From Balanoglossus misakiensis (lineage: Eukaryota > Animalia > Hemichordata), in assembly GCA_040954595.2 (NCBI GenBank), contig CM082594.2, positions 2,463,219-2,527,218 on the forward strand: a DNA stretch of 64,000 bases, in the 5' to 3' direction. The notes below the pieces were generated by a model, which worked only from the letters and a program-made list of their open reading frames with translations, did not search any database and had not been told where the DNA came from. Position 1 is the first letter of the stretch; each line of letters begins with the position of its first letter. Both the position numbers and the translations under genes were made by a program. Shown piece after piece: positions 38,720-58,190 of the stretch.

Positions 38720-39635
38720 TTACCAAGATGCTGGTTGCCTAATGTACCCCTTAAAAGCATCTGACCTCCACCTGCCTAAGGCGCGTATCTGTGCATCAGA
38801 CAAACCGTCGTCTTTAGCAGCTTGAGAGGCTGCTCCTATCCTAAAGCTATGTCCCTTGAACCTGTCTACCTCAAAGCCGCAAAAAGTGAGCGAACGCCTA
38901 AGCTGTGCTCCCCGTCCTATGCCTAACGGCCCTGGCATGCAGAAAAGAGGGCCAGGCTCACCCCCCCCCCCCTCAAACGACTAAATTCCCACAATGCCTG
39001 AACCGGACACAAGTCAGACCTAAGAACCTTCTGAAATTTGATAACAAACACATCGCCTGGTTTACTGTGCTTAAATTGAATAAGGACACAGTTGCTGACT
39101 GTGGCAAACCTGCGCTAACCTGAAACTCCAACTGGTGGAAAAGAATGGCTTTTCCAACATCAAACCTATTCCTAACAGTGATTTCCCCAATCCTGAGGAA
39201 CCCATAGAAGGCTGATAAGAACATAGCCTTAAAAAGAGATCGCTGATAAACAGATGTGACCACATTTGGAATGGCCTTAATCAGACGAAGTAGGATATCC
39301 CTAGTGATAGGGAGACGATCATCTCGTTGATGCACCAGCTTACGGTATGACTGGACCAATTTGTGAACCAAAAAGGACTTAGTAGGGTCCTGCAAGCCTG
39401 CAAGTTTATGAACGTAGCTAATGGCTGACAAATAGGTAGAAACAGTGGATGGGGCAAGGTGTTGCCTAGAGAGGTGACCAATAAACAATGTGACCGAGGA
39501 TTCTGACAGCGGCAGAGATGGACAATGCACCCCTAACTGGCTACCCATGAACTATGTAAGAACTCTCCAAGCACGCTGGTAGGTTGACCTGGAAGAACTG
39601 TGAAGAGCCTGCTGCAGAAGTCTGCCTACTTCCAT
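38720..39635 (-). pseudogene. Ngaro tyrosine recombinase, copy 3
   Basis: Shares the premature stop and frameshift of copies 1 and 2. Confidence 0.88.
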
Positions 39636-42039
39636 GTCCAGTGTATAGGTAGTAACTGAGACGGCACTGGAGTCGGATAGGTATCCATGCCCCGAGATGC
39701 AGACTTGAACTGGCCTACCTGCAAGCGGGAAAGACAGTCTGCCAGAATGTTATGCTTACCAGGAATATGTTTAGCTCGAAAAAGAATGTTGTACTGAAGG
39801 CTAGTGAGCACAATCCGTCGAACCAAAATCATAAGGTCCCTGTCCTTCGCTGTTTGTTTATTCAAGACTGACACCAAGGCCTCATTATCAGTGTAGAACA
39901 TCACACGTTTGTTACATAGCTTTTGTCCCCAAACCTCTAACGCCAGCATGATAGGGAATAACTCCAGGACTGCGATATTTAGTGCATGCCAACTAGTAGG
40001 CCACTCTCCAAAGAACCAGTGAGAACCAAAAATGCCACCATACCCAAGAGACCCAGCTGCATCTGTGAACAAACGAAGTGAGTCGGATGAATGCCACCGA
40101 TCCTCCATAAAAAACGACTTCCCGTTGTAATGGTCTAGGAACTGTTTCCACACTAGGAGGTCTGCTTTAACCTCTCTGGTCAGACGTAAAAAGAAGTGCG
40201 ACTTCTTGACCCCTTTCGTTAAATCGATCAACCTACGTAAAAATGCCCGTCCTGGGAGCACCACCAAACAAGCAAAATTTAAGGTCCCAACCAATGACTG
40301 AATTTCCTGTAGCCTAACCTTTCTTCTAGCCAAAAAGGAATTGATCAAGTTGCGGCACCGAAACAATTTATCCTCTGGGAGCCTAGATTCTCCTAATACA
40401 GTGTCTAATTCGATACCTGCTAAAACCAAAGTAGTACTGGGCCCCATGGTCTTATCCTGAGCAATAGGAACCCCCAGCTCTGCACAAAAACCTAGGAATG
40501 TCTGTAGATCCGCTGAACACCGTTCTTTGTTACTAGCCAGAAAAAGGAAATCGTCTAGAATGTGAATAACAGCCTCCACGCCTGCAACCTGATGAGACAT
40601 CCACTCTAATGCAGTACTAAACTGTTCAAAAATGCGACAGGACGACGAACACCCCATAGGCAGACATCTATCAAAGAAGAAACACCCATCCCACTTGAAA
40701 CCCAACAAGCAATGATCCTGAGGTGCCACTGGTATGATTCTAAATGCTGACTTGATGTCAGTCTTAGCCAAAAAACATCCTGGGCCCAACCTCAAAATGA
40801 TCCGAACTGCATCATCAATGGTGGCATACTGAACACTTGCCAACTCAGGAGGAATACCGTCATTAACTGATGACCCCGGAGGAAAAGAAAGGTGGTGAAT
40901 AAGACCCAATGGGGAAATGTGGAAGTTGGGAAAAGGTGGTGAACGAAAGGGCCCTGTGACCCTGCCTGCATGTACCTCAGAAGTAAGCATGGCCCTAAGG
41001 CTGCATTCACAAACACCTCTGGAGGGGGGGGGGGCGGGAGAATTGAGGGGGGGGGATTTGAAAAAATTGAGGGTATGTAAGGGGGGATTTGAAATTATTT
41101 AGGGACTGAAAAGGGGGGACTTGAAAACTTTGACGACTAAATGTTTATTTTGAGTCAACAAAAATGCAGTTTCGCGCCCTTTATTTTACAAAAGTTTCTA
41201 ATGTGCGAGGGGGACACCCCCTCCCACACCCACCCCCTCCATTCATCAACACCTTTCAATCATTGACTGGTTTATCTAGTGTCCCAGGTCAGGGGACTTG
41301 CCCCCACCCCATGATGACTTTTGAGCGGCGACGGTTAAATTTGTCCTCCCCAACATACCGGTAGTTGAGTTAATTTGCTTTTGCCGGGCTCTGTATTTTA
41401 TAAAATTTTCTTACGTGGGAGGGGGACACCCCCTCCCAAACCCACCCCTTCAATTCTCGGTTTACAGTGTCTCCCAACACAGAATACAAATACTTAAAAA
41501 ATAAAAACAATGTTCAGTTTTAATTCTTTTCATGGGAGGGCTGTTTTTCTTTTTTACAAGATATGATGTGTTTTGCTCTGTGAAAGAAAATGGGGGGGGA
41601 TTTCAAAATTTTGGCAGTTCCGAAGGGGGGGATTTGAAAATATTTCGGGTTGTATAGGGGGGCATGTGAAAATTAGCGGTAAAAAAAATTGAATTCTCCC
41701 CCCCCCCTCCAGAGGTGTTTGTGAATGCAGCCTAACTGCTTCGGGATTGTCAAGTGCAGACTTCAAATTAGGGGATGACCCCCCGCCCCTATGACCACAG
41801 TAATTTATCGAAAAACCATGTGAAAAACCTGCCAACAAATACGCCGCCTTGCCCTTGTCGTAGCCGTGTAGAAACTGCCTAAGAACTTGAACCTTTACTG
41901 GTGACACTATTATTGGCAACGGAGGGCTGTTTGGACACCACAGAAGCTCTGGAAGCGTGGTAGGGACCTCCTCCTTTTCCAGAGTGAAAGGGCTGATGGA
42001 CTCCTTCCCCACTGCTGAGACTAGATGAGCTTTTGACAC
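39626..42039 (-). pseudogene. Ngaro RT/RNase H, copy 3, split by a MITE
   Basis: 454-aa RT/RH ORF at 39626-40990, plus the N-terminal part. Confidence 0.9.
40999..41732. mobile_element. PIF/Harbinger-type MITE in Ngaro RT, copy 3
   Basis: Same TIRs and TAA TSD; private internal deletion near 41524. Confidence 0.9.
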
Positions 42040-42990
42040 TACACATGGAAATGGGATGGTTTGCCCCGCACTTAAAGCACTTGTGGTCGAAGCGACATCC
42101 AGGGCAGAACTTTCCCGAGTGAAAACGCCAACAAACCCCTTTCGGAAAGGACGTACTGGAGAAACCCGAAATGAAACTGTTACTGCTAGACATGGGGGCA
42201 GCCCGATCAGAAGACAAATTCTTAACCCTATGTATGGCCTGTAACCACAACTCCCAGTGAATCTGGTCCCAAGGAACAGGAGTCGACTGCTTCATAAAGC
42301 GAAACTGCTCATCGTAAAACTTCCAACCCGCTTTTTTGGCAGCTAGATCCCGCACCACTTCCCCATACTTCAAAAGGCCTGCAATGTCTTCAGGCTTTCT
42401 CAATGTGTACACAGCTACAAAGATGTTAAAAGCTGAAATCCACTGCTCAATGTAAGTAATTGTCTTAGCACTAGCAACGGGCTCTAGACATACCTGAGGC
42501 CTACCAACACTATCAGATAAAGCGACGGTGTATTTACCATCACGCAGGGAGGGATTGATGAGCAAAGACGCAAAATCGATGTAATCACCTGCCCAGATTT
42601 TAGCCTTAACCATATCCGACACCCTTGTAACCAAGGGCATGGATTGGCTTGCAAACAATGTGGTAGGTTGACGCTCTGTCTCAGACCCCTGAATAGTAGG
42701 TGTTCATCCTGGACCTGACCTTGTGGTAACGAATCAACTTGCACCTCTGGACCAGTAATGTCATAGATGACTTGATTGGCGACTGATGAAGATGCGGTGG
42801 CTGTCGCTGTAGGTGGGCTTGCAGCGGGAAAAAGGCCGGCGTCTTTAAGACTCTTGACGACTGCCTGAGATATTGAGGTAGCTAACGCATCTGGGTCGAT
42901 GGTTGAACTTGCGGCCGGCTGTTCTCCCTGTTGAGAACCTGCCTGGGTTGGTACCTCAGCACTTGATGACGTGGCCTTGCGCTTAGGCAA
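41879..42990 (-). pseudogene. Ngaro gag-like ORF1, copy 3 (259-aa core open, N-terminal part in another frame)
   Basis: ORFs 41879-42658 and 42484-42990. Confidence 0.75.
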
Positions 42991-45796
42991 AATTGTCTTG
43001 CCCTTCGAAGTAGCTTTCCGCTTCGATGGCCCCTATTGGCTAAAATAATCGAATAACATAGCTATGTAGGAGTGCCAATAAGATCTGTAAAATGTAAAAT
43101 AAACTATCAGCAATATACTCCTCAGAAAAACAACCCTTCTAATGAAGGGTATTGTGAGTTAAGTAACGTGAAAAAGGAAAACACCTTATAAATGGCCACC
43201 ATATGGTTACCGAGAAAATTGATGTAATCATGTATACATACTTGTGGCATGCATAGCAAAACCACCACTGGGTAACGATAAAATTGCCAGAATGTCACGG
43301 ACTCGAGGTAACGGTTCGGCGGGAAAAGTCAAACAAAGTAGCAAAATAAACCTGCTAAAATTGATCATGTGACCCGTCAGGCGGGAATTGCACCGTGAAA
43401 AGATGCAAGCACTGATTTATAAATGATCCCAACAATAAATCCCGACAAAGACAAATTAAAATAAAAAGAAAACGTCTTTTCTATGAAAAAGACTATCATT
43501 TGTATCGCCCGATAATTTCTGGCGAGTAAAGATACCTTCACTTGTATCATGTTGCACTCGTACAATGAAAAGTCTAGATGTAATATTATAACCAAGTCTC
43601 AAAATTTGAGAGAAGAAAGTGCGTAATGTAAATGTAAAATGAAAATAAACCACGTAGGTGAAAACCTTGGAAAAAGGTAAAAACGGACGCCGTAATATAT
43701 CAATGTGGGGCTTGTAAAACTATACAATAAAATGTAATTACAACTCGGGCTGCAAAACTGTGAAATATTAAATAACATATATACCGACAACTACTTCGTA
43801 AAAAAGAAAATAGCCTTAGCATTTACCGCCAATGCTATATGCAATTCTCTACAAAAACCTTATGAATGGTAGGTAATTGGCACTTGCCTGAAAATTCGAA
43901 GAAAAAGTGAAAATTCGAGGAGATGAACCAGCTCGTTGTCTTGAAGTCACGGCTGTAAAATGGAAAAGGCTGTTCCTAGTATTGACTCTCCCCTTATAGG
44001 AAACTGCAAATATTGTCAAGGCGGGAAAAATGAAGTTGCTCTTCCATGAAGTGTCTCCCCCCGGAGACTAAAGTGCTGTAAACCTCCCTGTCGGATAACA
44101 GGCGTAGGCTGTAACATGGAAGATGGTTTCGCCACACCTGGAAACGACATAAATGACGGATACCAAAACATCAAGAGCAGTCCAGAAGAATGTTGTGAAG
44201 ATTGCAAACGCAACAGTCAGTGTCTCGGATGGACTTTGGCCATTTCTTTCATTATTCGCGTTCTTTGTATCAACCATGTTTCTTGTTCGGCTCTCTGAAG
44301 CGCTATGAGAATTATATTTGCGGGCCACTGAGATGTTATATTCAAAGTTATACTTACGCATATTTAACATTGAGATGTTTGTATCTTTCAGGTGTCTAAC
44401 ATAAACTACAGCTGAATACATCATGATTTAGACAAAGACAGTGGAGAGATATTTTTGTCAAACGACATGTTGAAATTCATAAAAGGTAGTGGTGGGTTGG
44501 CATCAAATCTTGATATTGTCCATTATGAACGTAATAAAAATAACTAGCATGGTATGAAAAGTCTCGAGTCGTTGTATTCTGTAACTCTTTTAACAATATT
44601 TCCCGAAATTGTTTATGGTAAAGATACACTGTGGTGCATCCTTTCTGCATATTTGTTGGATTTACGTTTTAATCACGATTAGGGAATTTTCATTTATTAT
44701 GCGAGGGTGGGTCGGTTGGTCATGTCAAAGGTGACCCCCGGCACATTTCTAAAATGCGAATGGCAAATGTTGATTGAGGTAATGTACGCCATGCGCTTTC
44801 AAGATGATGAATTGGCAACTAATCAGTTCGGACATTAAATACCCATCTTCGCCTGCATGTTAACAATTGTACATGTCGATCTGGTCGCTATATACAGATG
44901 GGCAGACAGACAGCTATGCAGGCAGGAGAGAATACGCTTGAGAAAATTCACATTGTGAGCTTACATCAACTCGCCGACCCAACTGTGTGCGAATAATAGT
45001 TGGAAACAATTGGACAATACCGTGATATTTAGAATGTTTCATGAACGACTGATTCTTTTAGAGTCTTATCTAGGCCTATATGTGTAACATCTGTTCTGTT
45101 CGATTCTCTACCATGACATTATTATAGTTGAAAACACCAACCAAATGTTCTCTTATGAGCTATTCATATTTGCTTCGAGTATTGTGCTACCTGTATGCTT
45201 GAATTATCTGTGCGTCTGCTCTCCCCTGTTAACATTCAGTTTAAAACCATTTATCGTTGCAAATGAAGTCGCACGCAAACTGTTAATAGGTAAATTCAAG
45301 TATTCGACTTATCCCAAACATTTTCCAGTGCTAGGTGTTCATAATATACGACGTCATACAAAGGATCTTCAAGGTCGCAAGTATTATTGAATGACCAACA
45401 CAAATGAGAAAACATTAGTTACCCAGGCTATGCAGTATATGAAATTGCCTGTACGTGTCTCATCATGCACTCGTTAGGTAGTTGTAGGGGCACGTTTTAG
45501 CTACAGTGAATCTTTAGTTTAAATTGTGTTTATTTTTTACCTCTGACGGCATTGTTGAAATGTCGTAGGTACCCTATATAGCAATGCAAGCATTGTGAAA
45601 TGTCCCGCATTCTGAGTAATATATGAACACGCCTGTGTACATATTTGGTCAATACCTTTGGGCGAGGGGACTGCATATTTCACTGAAGAATATTTCCATC
45701 CTTCCATCCATCCACGTACCAATCCATTCGTTCTTCCGTTTATCCATTTGTTCGTTCCTTAGTTCACTAACTCACTCACTCGTTCATTCATCAAAA

Positions 45797-46726
45797 ATGG
45801 CAAATGAGTGGCCAGGATTTTTCTACGATGGATTCTTCTTTATTGACTCCCTACACGATAGGGACACTGTGAAAAAACACAGGCTGAATGACTGGGATAT
45901 CAGAAGCGACGATATCGTCATCGCAACCTTTCCCAAATCAGGGACGTATTGGATGATCAACGCAGTGACAAAGATGTTTGGAGATATAAATTTACTGCTG
46001 CCGAAGACCAAGAGTGCAGTCCGTCTCGATCAATTGTGCGAGAGTTCGGAGGATAAACCCGGCAGGTACGGAGACCAGACGAGGGCCTTGAAAACGTCTT
46101 TACATGAGATGCCTTCACCAAGGTTATTGTATTGTCACCTGCCCTTCCAATTCTATCCAACAGCATGGAAAGAAGGCCGCATGAAATGCAAGGTAATTTA
46201 CATAACGAGAAACCCGAAAGATGTCTGTGTATCGTTCTACCATAATATGAAGGATATGAAGTTGTTTGGCATGAGAATGAGCTGGGAAAATTGGGTGCCC
46301 GCTTTTATAGAGGGTAGAACGTGGTGTGGACCCTGGTTGGATCACGTGATCGCCTCAAGACGCCTGGTCGAGCAGTATGGCCAGCAAGAAGGAGTGCTGT
46401 ACGTCACCTATGAAGACATGAAAAAGGATCTGAAGTCTGTCTTGGCCCGAGTTGCTGACTTTCTAGATCGCCCTATGCCCGATAAGGAAATTGAGAGCGT
46501 AGTACAGGCCTGCAGCTTCGGTGCTATGGCCAAGGGGGAAGATTTCTACCGGCGTGTGTGCGCGTGCTCAGACGGGCACGCTTTTACAGATGGAGCGACA
46601 CATTTACGCAAAGGCGTGGTCGGCGATTGGAAAAGGCATTTCACAGTTGCACAGAACGAAGCCTTTGACCGTGAAATTACAAGTAAACTGGAGAAATTTG
46701 GATTAAATTTGGTGTGTGAAATGTAG
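45797..46726 (+). CDS. Cytosolic sulfotransferase, copy 4, 309 aa
   Basis: Intact ORF; LHDRDT where the other copies have LHDKDT. Confidence 0.93.
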   Translation: MANEWPGFFYDGFFFIDSLHDRDTVKKHRLNDWDIRSDDIVIATFPKSGTYWMINAVTKMFGDINLLLPKTKSAVRLDQLCESSEDKPGRYGDQTRALKTSLHEMPSPRLLYCHLPFQFYPTAWKEGRMKCKVIYITRNPKDVCVSFYHNMKDMKLFGMRMSWENWVPAFIEGRTWCGPWLDHVIASRRLVEQYGQQEGVLYVTYEDMKKDLKSVLARVADFLDRPMPDKEIESVVQACSFGAMAKGEDFYRRVCACSDGHAFTDGATHLRKGVVGDWKRHFTVAQNEAFDREITSKLEKFGLNLVCEM

Positions 46727-47722
46727 GATACAGAGCGTTGAAATTCGGGTCTGCCAATTTGGCGTTTTGATTTTCTTTCCAATTGACTTTGCATATTAAT
46801 GTTGTCACTATTTTAGGCTTCATTCTTCTATAGGCATTCTCTAGCTTCAATTTTCGTTTATGATGTTCTTATGACGATGGTGGTGGTATTATTAATATAT
46901 TTTGAAGAAATTTCGAGACAATTGTCGCTCTGTGCTGACAAGAAGAAAATAAAAAAATATTGATATGTTTAATGGCGGGTGTTGTTATCTTCTGTGGCGA
47001 CTACGCCGTGATGAAAGTGTGTTGTCGAGGTCAATAAACTCGGAATGTGCTGTAGCCTAAATAGTGAATTATCTGCCGAGGTCAGGCTGCATGAATGCGG
47101 GGTCGAATGCCAAAATGCAACCAAGCGTTTTAACTGGCTAGTTATACTTTGCGAAACAGCGAAACAACGAAACAGCGAAACAACGAAACAGCGAAACATG
47201 GCGATACCATTATTAAAATAGGGGCCAGTCATCAAGACGGTGGCGTATGATTTTTTTAAAAGTTTCCAAATTAAAACGTAAGCGAGCCAAGAAAACTACA
47301 GGTCAGATAAATTGTTTTCTCGGAAATTCAACATTAGAATCAAATTTGGCGTTGGAAACAAACGGCGGGTCAACGTCCGAAGGATGGAGGGGCGTAACAC
47401 AACAAACAAATGGAATTCCAAATGGAAATGTAACAAGCAAGAAGTGGGTGTAAGGTCATGTGCGCAGCCGACCCGGACCAAGTCTTGCTGATCGGACAAT
47501 GGTACGAGATTAAATTACAGAAAAAAGGCTTCTAATAGAGAACGTAAGAAAACATTAAATTAATTTCTTTATTACATGTAAGAAAACAATGATTAATTTT
47601 GTAAACAACCCGGAAATGTGTTTACAGGAAACGCTGTTTTTTAGAGGGTGTGCACTGTAATTATTGGCATTTCCGTTCCGGACTTCCGGTTTCCTTCCAA
47701 CTCGTGTACAAAGGTCATGCAC

Positions 47723-47788
<66 letters not shown>

Positions 47789-47790
47789 CA

Positions 47791-47958
47791 TCAGCTTGAG
47801 AATCTTGCTGCAATATGGATGCTGCCCGTGGCATTCGGGTTCGGCCACTCCACTAACACGGCGAACACGGAATCCATTATGTTTGCCTTTTGCGTGTGTG
47901 CAGTAGAAGTCACCATTGCCAGCAGGAGAAAGCTGAAGAAGGTTGCTACCTTCGCCAT
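47791..47958 (-). CDS. 55-aa signal-peptide ORF, unit 4
   Basis: Differs from units 2 and 3 by I8F and one synonymous change (GCG>GCA). Confidence 0.45.
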   Translation of the reverse strand: MAKVATFFSFLLLAMVTSTAHTQKANIMDSVFAVLVEWPNPNATGSIHIAARFSS

Positions 47959-48184
47959 GGCGAGGAATTAAGTCAGTTTACCAATGGCAGTCACATTGCA
48001 CTCACATGAGAATCGACTGTTGTATTCAATGAGTGTACCCCCGTACCTAAGGCAAACACCACACACAATACAATGCATGTAGAGAAAAGGGAAAGTTGAC
48101 ACACTTTCCAGCCAACTACCGGTTTTACGTAACGGTTGCCCATGACGATCAATAATAGGAAAGCGAAAATATCCCTTGCATGTT

Positions 48185-48765
48185 TAAGCAATAACCCCCG
48201 CCGCAGGCGGGTATACACGAGATTTGGGTACAATTCGAGACATATAGCACGAGCCGTCAGGCGAGTGCTATATGGAGCGAATTGTACCCAAACCGAGTGT
48301 ATACCCGACTGAGGCGGGGGTTATTGCTATTATATTATATCAACAACTGTTTTTGTGGCATATCAGTGTCATTTTCTTACCGAAACGGCGTCAGAAAGAG
48401 AAATTACGATCGTGAACCAACATGGCGACGATGAATGTAAACACGAGCGGCCGCGATCCAGCCGGGATCGAGCATTAAACATGAAGCAGACGACAAAAAG
48501 TGACAAGACGGACATCGCGCGTGGCAAAGTGACAAATATTTCCACAGAGCAGTTCCAAAATAAAATTTCCGTTAATTCAACAGTATTTTTTTTATTTATT
48601 TGGTTTAAACACGCGCGACTGTGGTTTAACCGCACATTTTGCTGCCGTATGCTAGTTCAGGGGCCCGTTTTACCACAGCTAGCCTTGGTAAAACAGTATT
48701 TTACCATGGCTGGATTCACCTCTCGTCCAATCAGAATCGCGGACGGTAGCATGATATAATATAAT
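48185..48765. mobile_element. 581-bp Crypton-like non-autonomous insertion with terminal hairpin, private to unit 4
   Basis: The empty site GCATGTTAAGAG is seen at 11825-11836. The insert begins with a ~145-bp palindrome AGCAATAACCCCCGCC...GGCGGGGGTTATTGCT and has no clear TSD. Confidence 0.7.
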
Positions 48766-49010
48766 AAGAGTTAACCCATCGGTATTTACCTAGATTTTTA
48801 CAGCGTTGTTGCGACAAGTGAGAACGTAGCTTATGGACAGAGGACACAGAGCGACTCAAAATATTAATCCTCTTTTTTTTTTTTTACAAATGACAGATAT
48901 AGTGTCTCTGAAACGTTTCCAGTTTTACCCAGTGTGAACATGGTATATGTTGCGTCTTCCAACAAATGACACATACATCACTGTTTGGCTGCATGGTATG
49001 ACCCATAAAC

Positions 49011-49016
49011 TTTATT
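49011..49016 (-). promoter_or_regulatory. Candidate polyadenylation signal of the arylsulfatase gene
   Basis: AATAAA on the minus strand, about 135 nt after the stop codon. Confidence 0.55.
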
Positions 49017-49151
49017 GCGCCATCTACGGGTATAATTAGAGGAGGAATCACATACATTAATTTTTATGACATTACCGATGCTTATTGTCGTATAACTACA
49101 GCCTACCATGTCCAAATGCTATTAGCTCATATTTCAAACTACAGTTATCAA

Positions 49152-56127
<6,976 letters not shown>

Positions 56128-56472
56128 CTACAAAGAGATGACAAAACTACATTAGAAACAATATTAAGACAAGGATGTTAAATTCTGCAAATTCTAATAA
56201 AAATATCGTTTTAAAAACCTATAGTATCTTTTATATATCGACAAAAATACAACAAGCGAGTATTGTTTTATTTGAGCGTTTATGGCTCAGTATAAACACG
56301 AAACGTGAATTGAATCAAACTGAATAGTGCCACTGCTGACATCCCTTAATTGCCCTGTAAGCTAAACTTTGGCTGCTGTTCCGTTTTACACGCGTTTATG
56401 AGCAAGACACATATATAGCCATTTAGTTTCCTCAGAGCCACAGTAGACAACTATTAAACTTAGTGAATACTA

Positions 56473-57114
56473 TGTAACGGCCTTGTTGATCCATTGAATT
56501 TGTATACATGTATATCTGTATGTATGTTATACCTGTATCTTATAGTAATTAGTTATTCAATTATTCATATGACGTAATAGTACTTACCTTCAATTGGTTG
56601 ATCTTAATTATATGCAAACCACCTGGAAGTTTCATTTGACCAATGAACACAAGCTAATCTGGCACTATGATGTAATTGCTGATATAAAAGGACATGGTGC
56701 ATAAAATTGGTCAGTTCACCTCTGTAGCCAGACCGGCCACACACGTTGGAACTGACATGTATTTGTTCCATTTCAGGTTAGTTTCCTTGTACCTTACCTG
56801 TTGCTTGAAGCTTTGTATTTTGGTGCATTCTACCGACTCATTTCAGCACAAGTAATTGGTGTCGTTAACTTGCGTCAATTTTCCAATTGTATGTCTATAT
56901 TTTTCACTTGAATGAATTTTGGTGTATTCTGTTGGAGGTGAACTCCCATACATGTGTGTAATTTAGCAGTTCACCTCTGTAGCCAGACCGGCCACACACG
57001 TTGGAACTGACATGTATTTGTTCCATTTCAGTTATTAAATGTAAGGCCTATGTCTTTGTTACCCGTAACCTGTTTGGTGTGAATATGTTGGAATGAACGG
57101 CGACAACCGTGACA
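56473..57114 (+). repeat. 5' LTR (642 bp)
   Basis: TGTAACGG...CCGTGACA ends; TATAAAA at 56683-56689; first 109 bp identical to 63892-64000. Confidence 0.92.
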
Positions 57115-57116
57115 AA

Positions 57117-57135
57117 TGGCGTAGTCGGCAGGATT
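57117..57135 (+). promoter_or_regulatory. Primer-binding site complementary to tRNA-Ser
   Basis: TGGCGTAGTCGGCAGGATT, 2 nt after the LTR, is complementary to the tRNA-Ser 3' end AATCCTGCCGACTACGCCA. Confidence 0.85.
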
Positions 57136-58190
57136 TGGCAATTCCTACGCAAGTTCTTGTTTCGGGACGGAGAGGATGATACTGACAAGTGCCATGTTTT
57201 AACTGGTCAGAAGTGTCTGGACAACGGACAACGCCCAACCAGGTGTGTCTTTCGCTGAGCTGGACGTCCTTGGGGAGCCACCCGGACTGCAGACAGACGG
57301 GAGCCAGGTCCGAGCGTCAACGGCGAGGAAAATTCTCTGCAGAGTGCCAAGTGGTGAAGTCGCTGAACTGTTACCGGCCGGAACTGTTTAGTGTGAAGTG
57401 TTCATCGCGGTATACAAGGTATTGTGTGTCCAGAACTTGACAGTGTTATTCCGTGCGAACTATAGACAGTGCGCATAAATTCCGTCCGTGGCGCATAGTT
57501 TCCATCTGTGATAACTTCGGACTTGAACTTGTGGACTGGGTATTTTATTGCAAACGAACTTTCTGGTTATTCGCCGTAGAACCTGGTGTAACGTAATGTT
57601 TGTAAATTTTTCTTAGAAATTTCAATATTGTCTATATAATGCAATGTGGTCAAAGTAGTTTTGACTTTGATTTAATTGTTGAAGTGGGCTCCATGTGGAT
57701 ATAAACCCATGTTTTGTTGCCTTTAGCCTGCTTTAAAAAAAAAAAAAAAAATATTTTCTTTCAACAGTATATTTTGGTTAAGTGCTGAAGTATAAATTTT
57801 CTTTGTAAATTTCAGTTCATTATTTTCCAAACGACGTGAAAAAAAAATTGTCAGCGCTTGTTGAAAAAAAAAAATATTAAGTTATAAGTTAAATATTGTA
57901 TATTGACTTGAGTTAGTTTATTATTGTATTAGTTATTTAGTTGTTTCATTATTATTGAGACTGTCCATGAATGGTCGTATTCATCCAAATCATACATTAG
58001 TCTCTATAGAACCTTTGGCAGTGTCTGTAAACTATTCTATGCTTAGTCCATTCCCTGTTAACGTATGTGCTATGCCAGTAGATACTGATATTATTGTTAA
58101 GATTTTCCAGTGAAATAGCTTGCATTGCATCGTATTTAACGACACGTCAGAGTCCTCCCAAATTGCCTCTCATTTTATGGAAGAAAAAAA

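Larger units (their letters stand above)
37205..44098 (-). mobile_element. Ngaro-type retrotransposon, copy 3, disabled
   Basis: Same structure and flanks as copies 1 and 2, with a private 9-bp YR deletion (GRGAQL vs GRGDFTAQL). Confidence 0.9.
11031..48779. repeat. Tandem segmental duplication, about 3.1 units of 11.3-13.3 kb
   Basis: Units at about 11031-24300, 24301-36051, 36052-47367 and partial 47368-48779. SULT start codons are spaced 11751 and 11316 bp. Copies differ by SNPs and private insertions and deletions. Confidence 0.95.

Noticed and set aside
11031-48779. Idea that the Ngaro element captured and mobilised the SULT gene
   Set aside because: The SULT lies outside the A1/B2 boundaries, flanks are identical across copies, and the element was already disabled before duplication.
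11031-48779. Array as a pure assembly artefact
   Set aside because: Units carry private TSD-flanked insertions, deletions and SNPs. Mis-joined haplotypes are not fully excluded without reads.
57117-57135. tRNA-Ser-like sequence as a tRNA gene
   Set aside because: Only the 3'-terminal complement is present, directly after the LTR; it is a primer-binding site.
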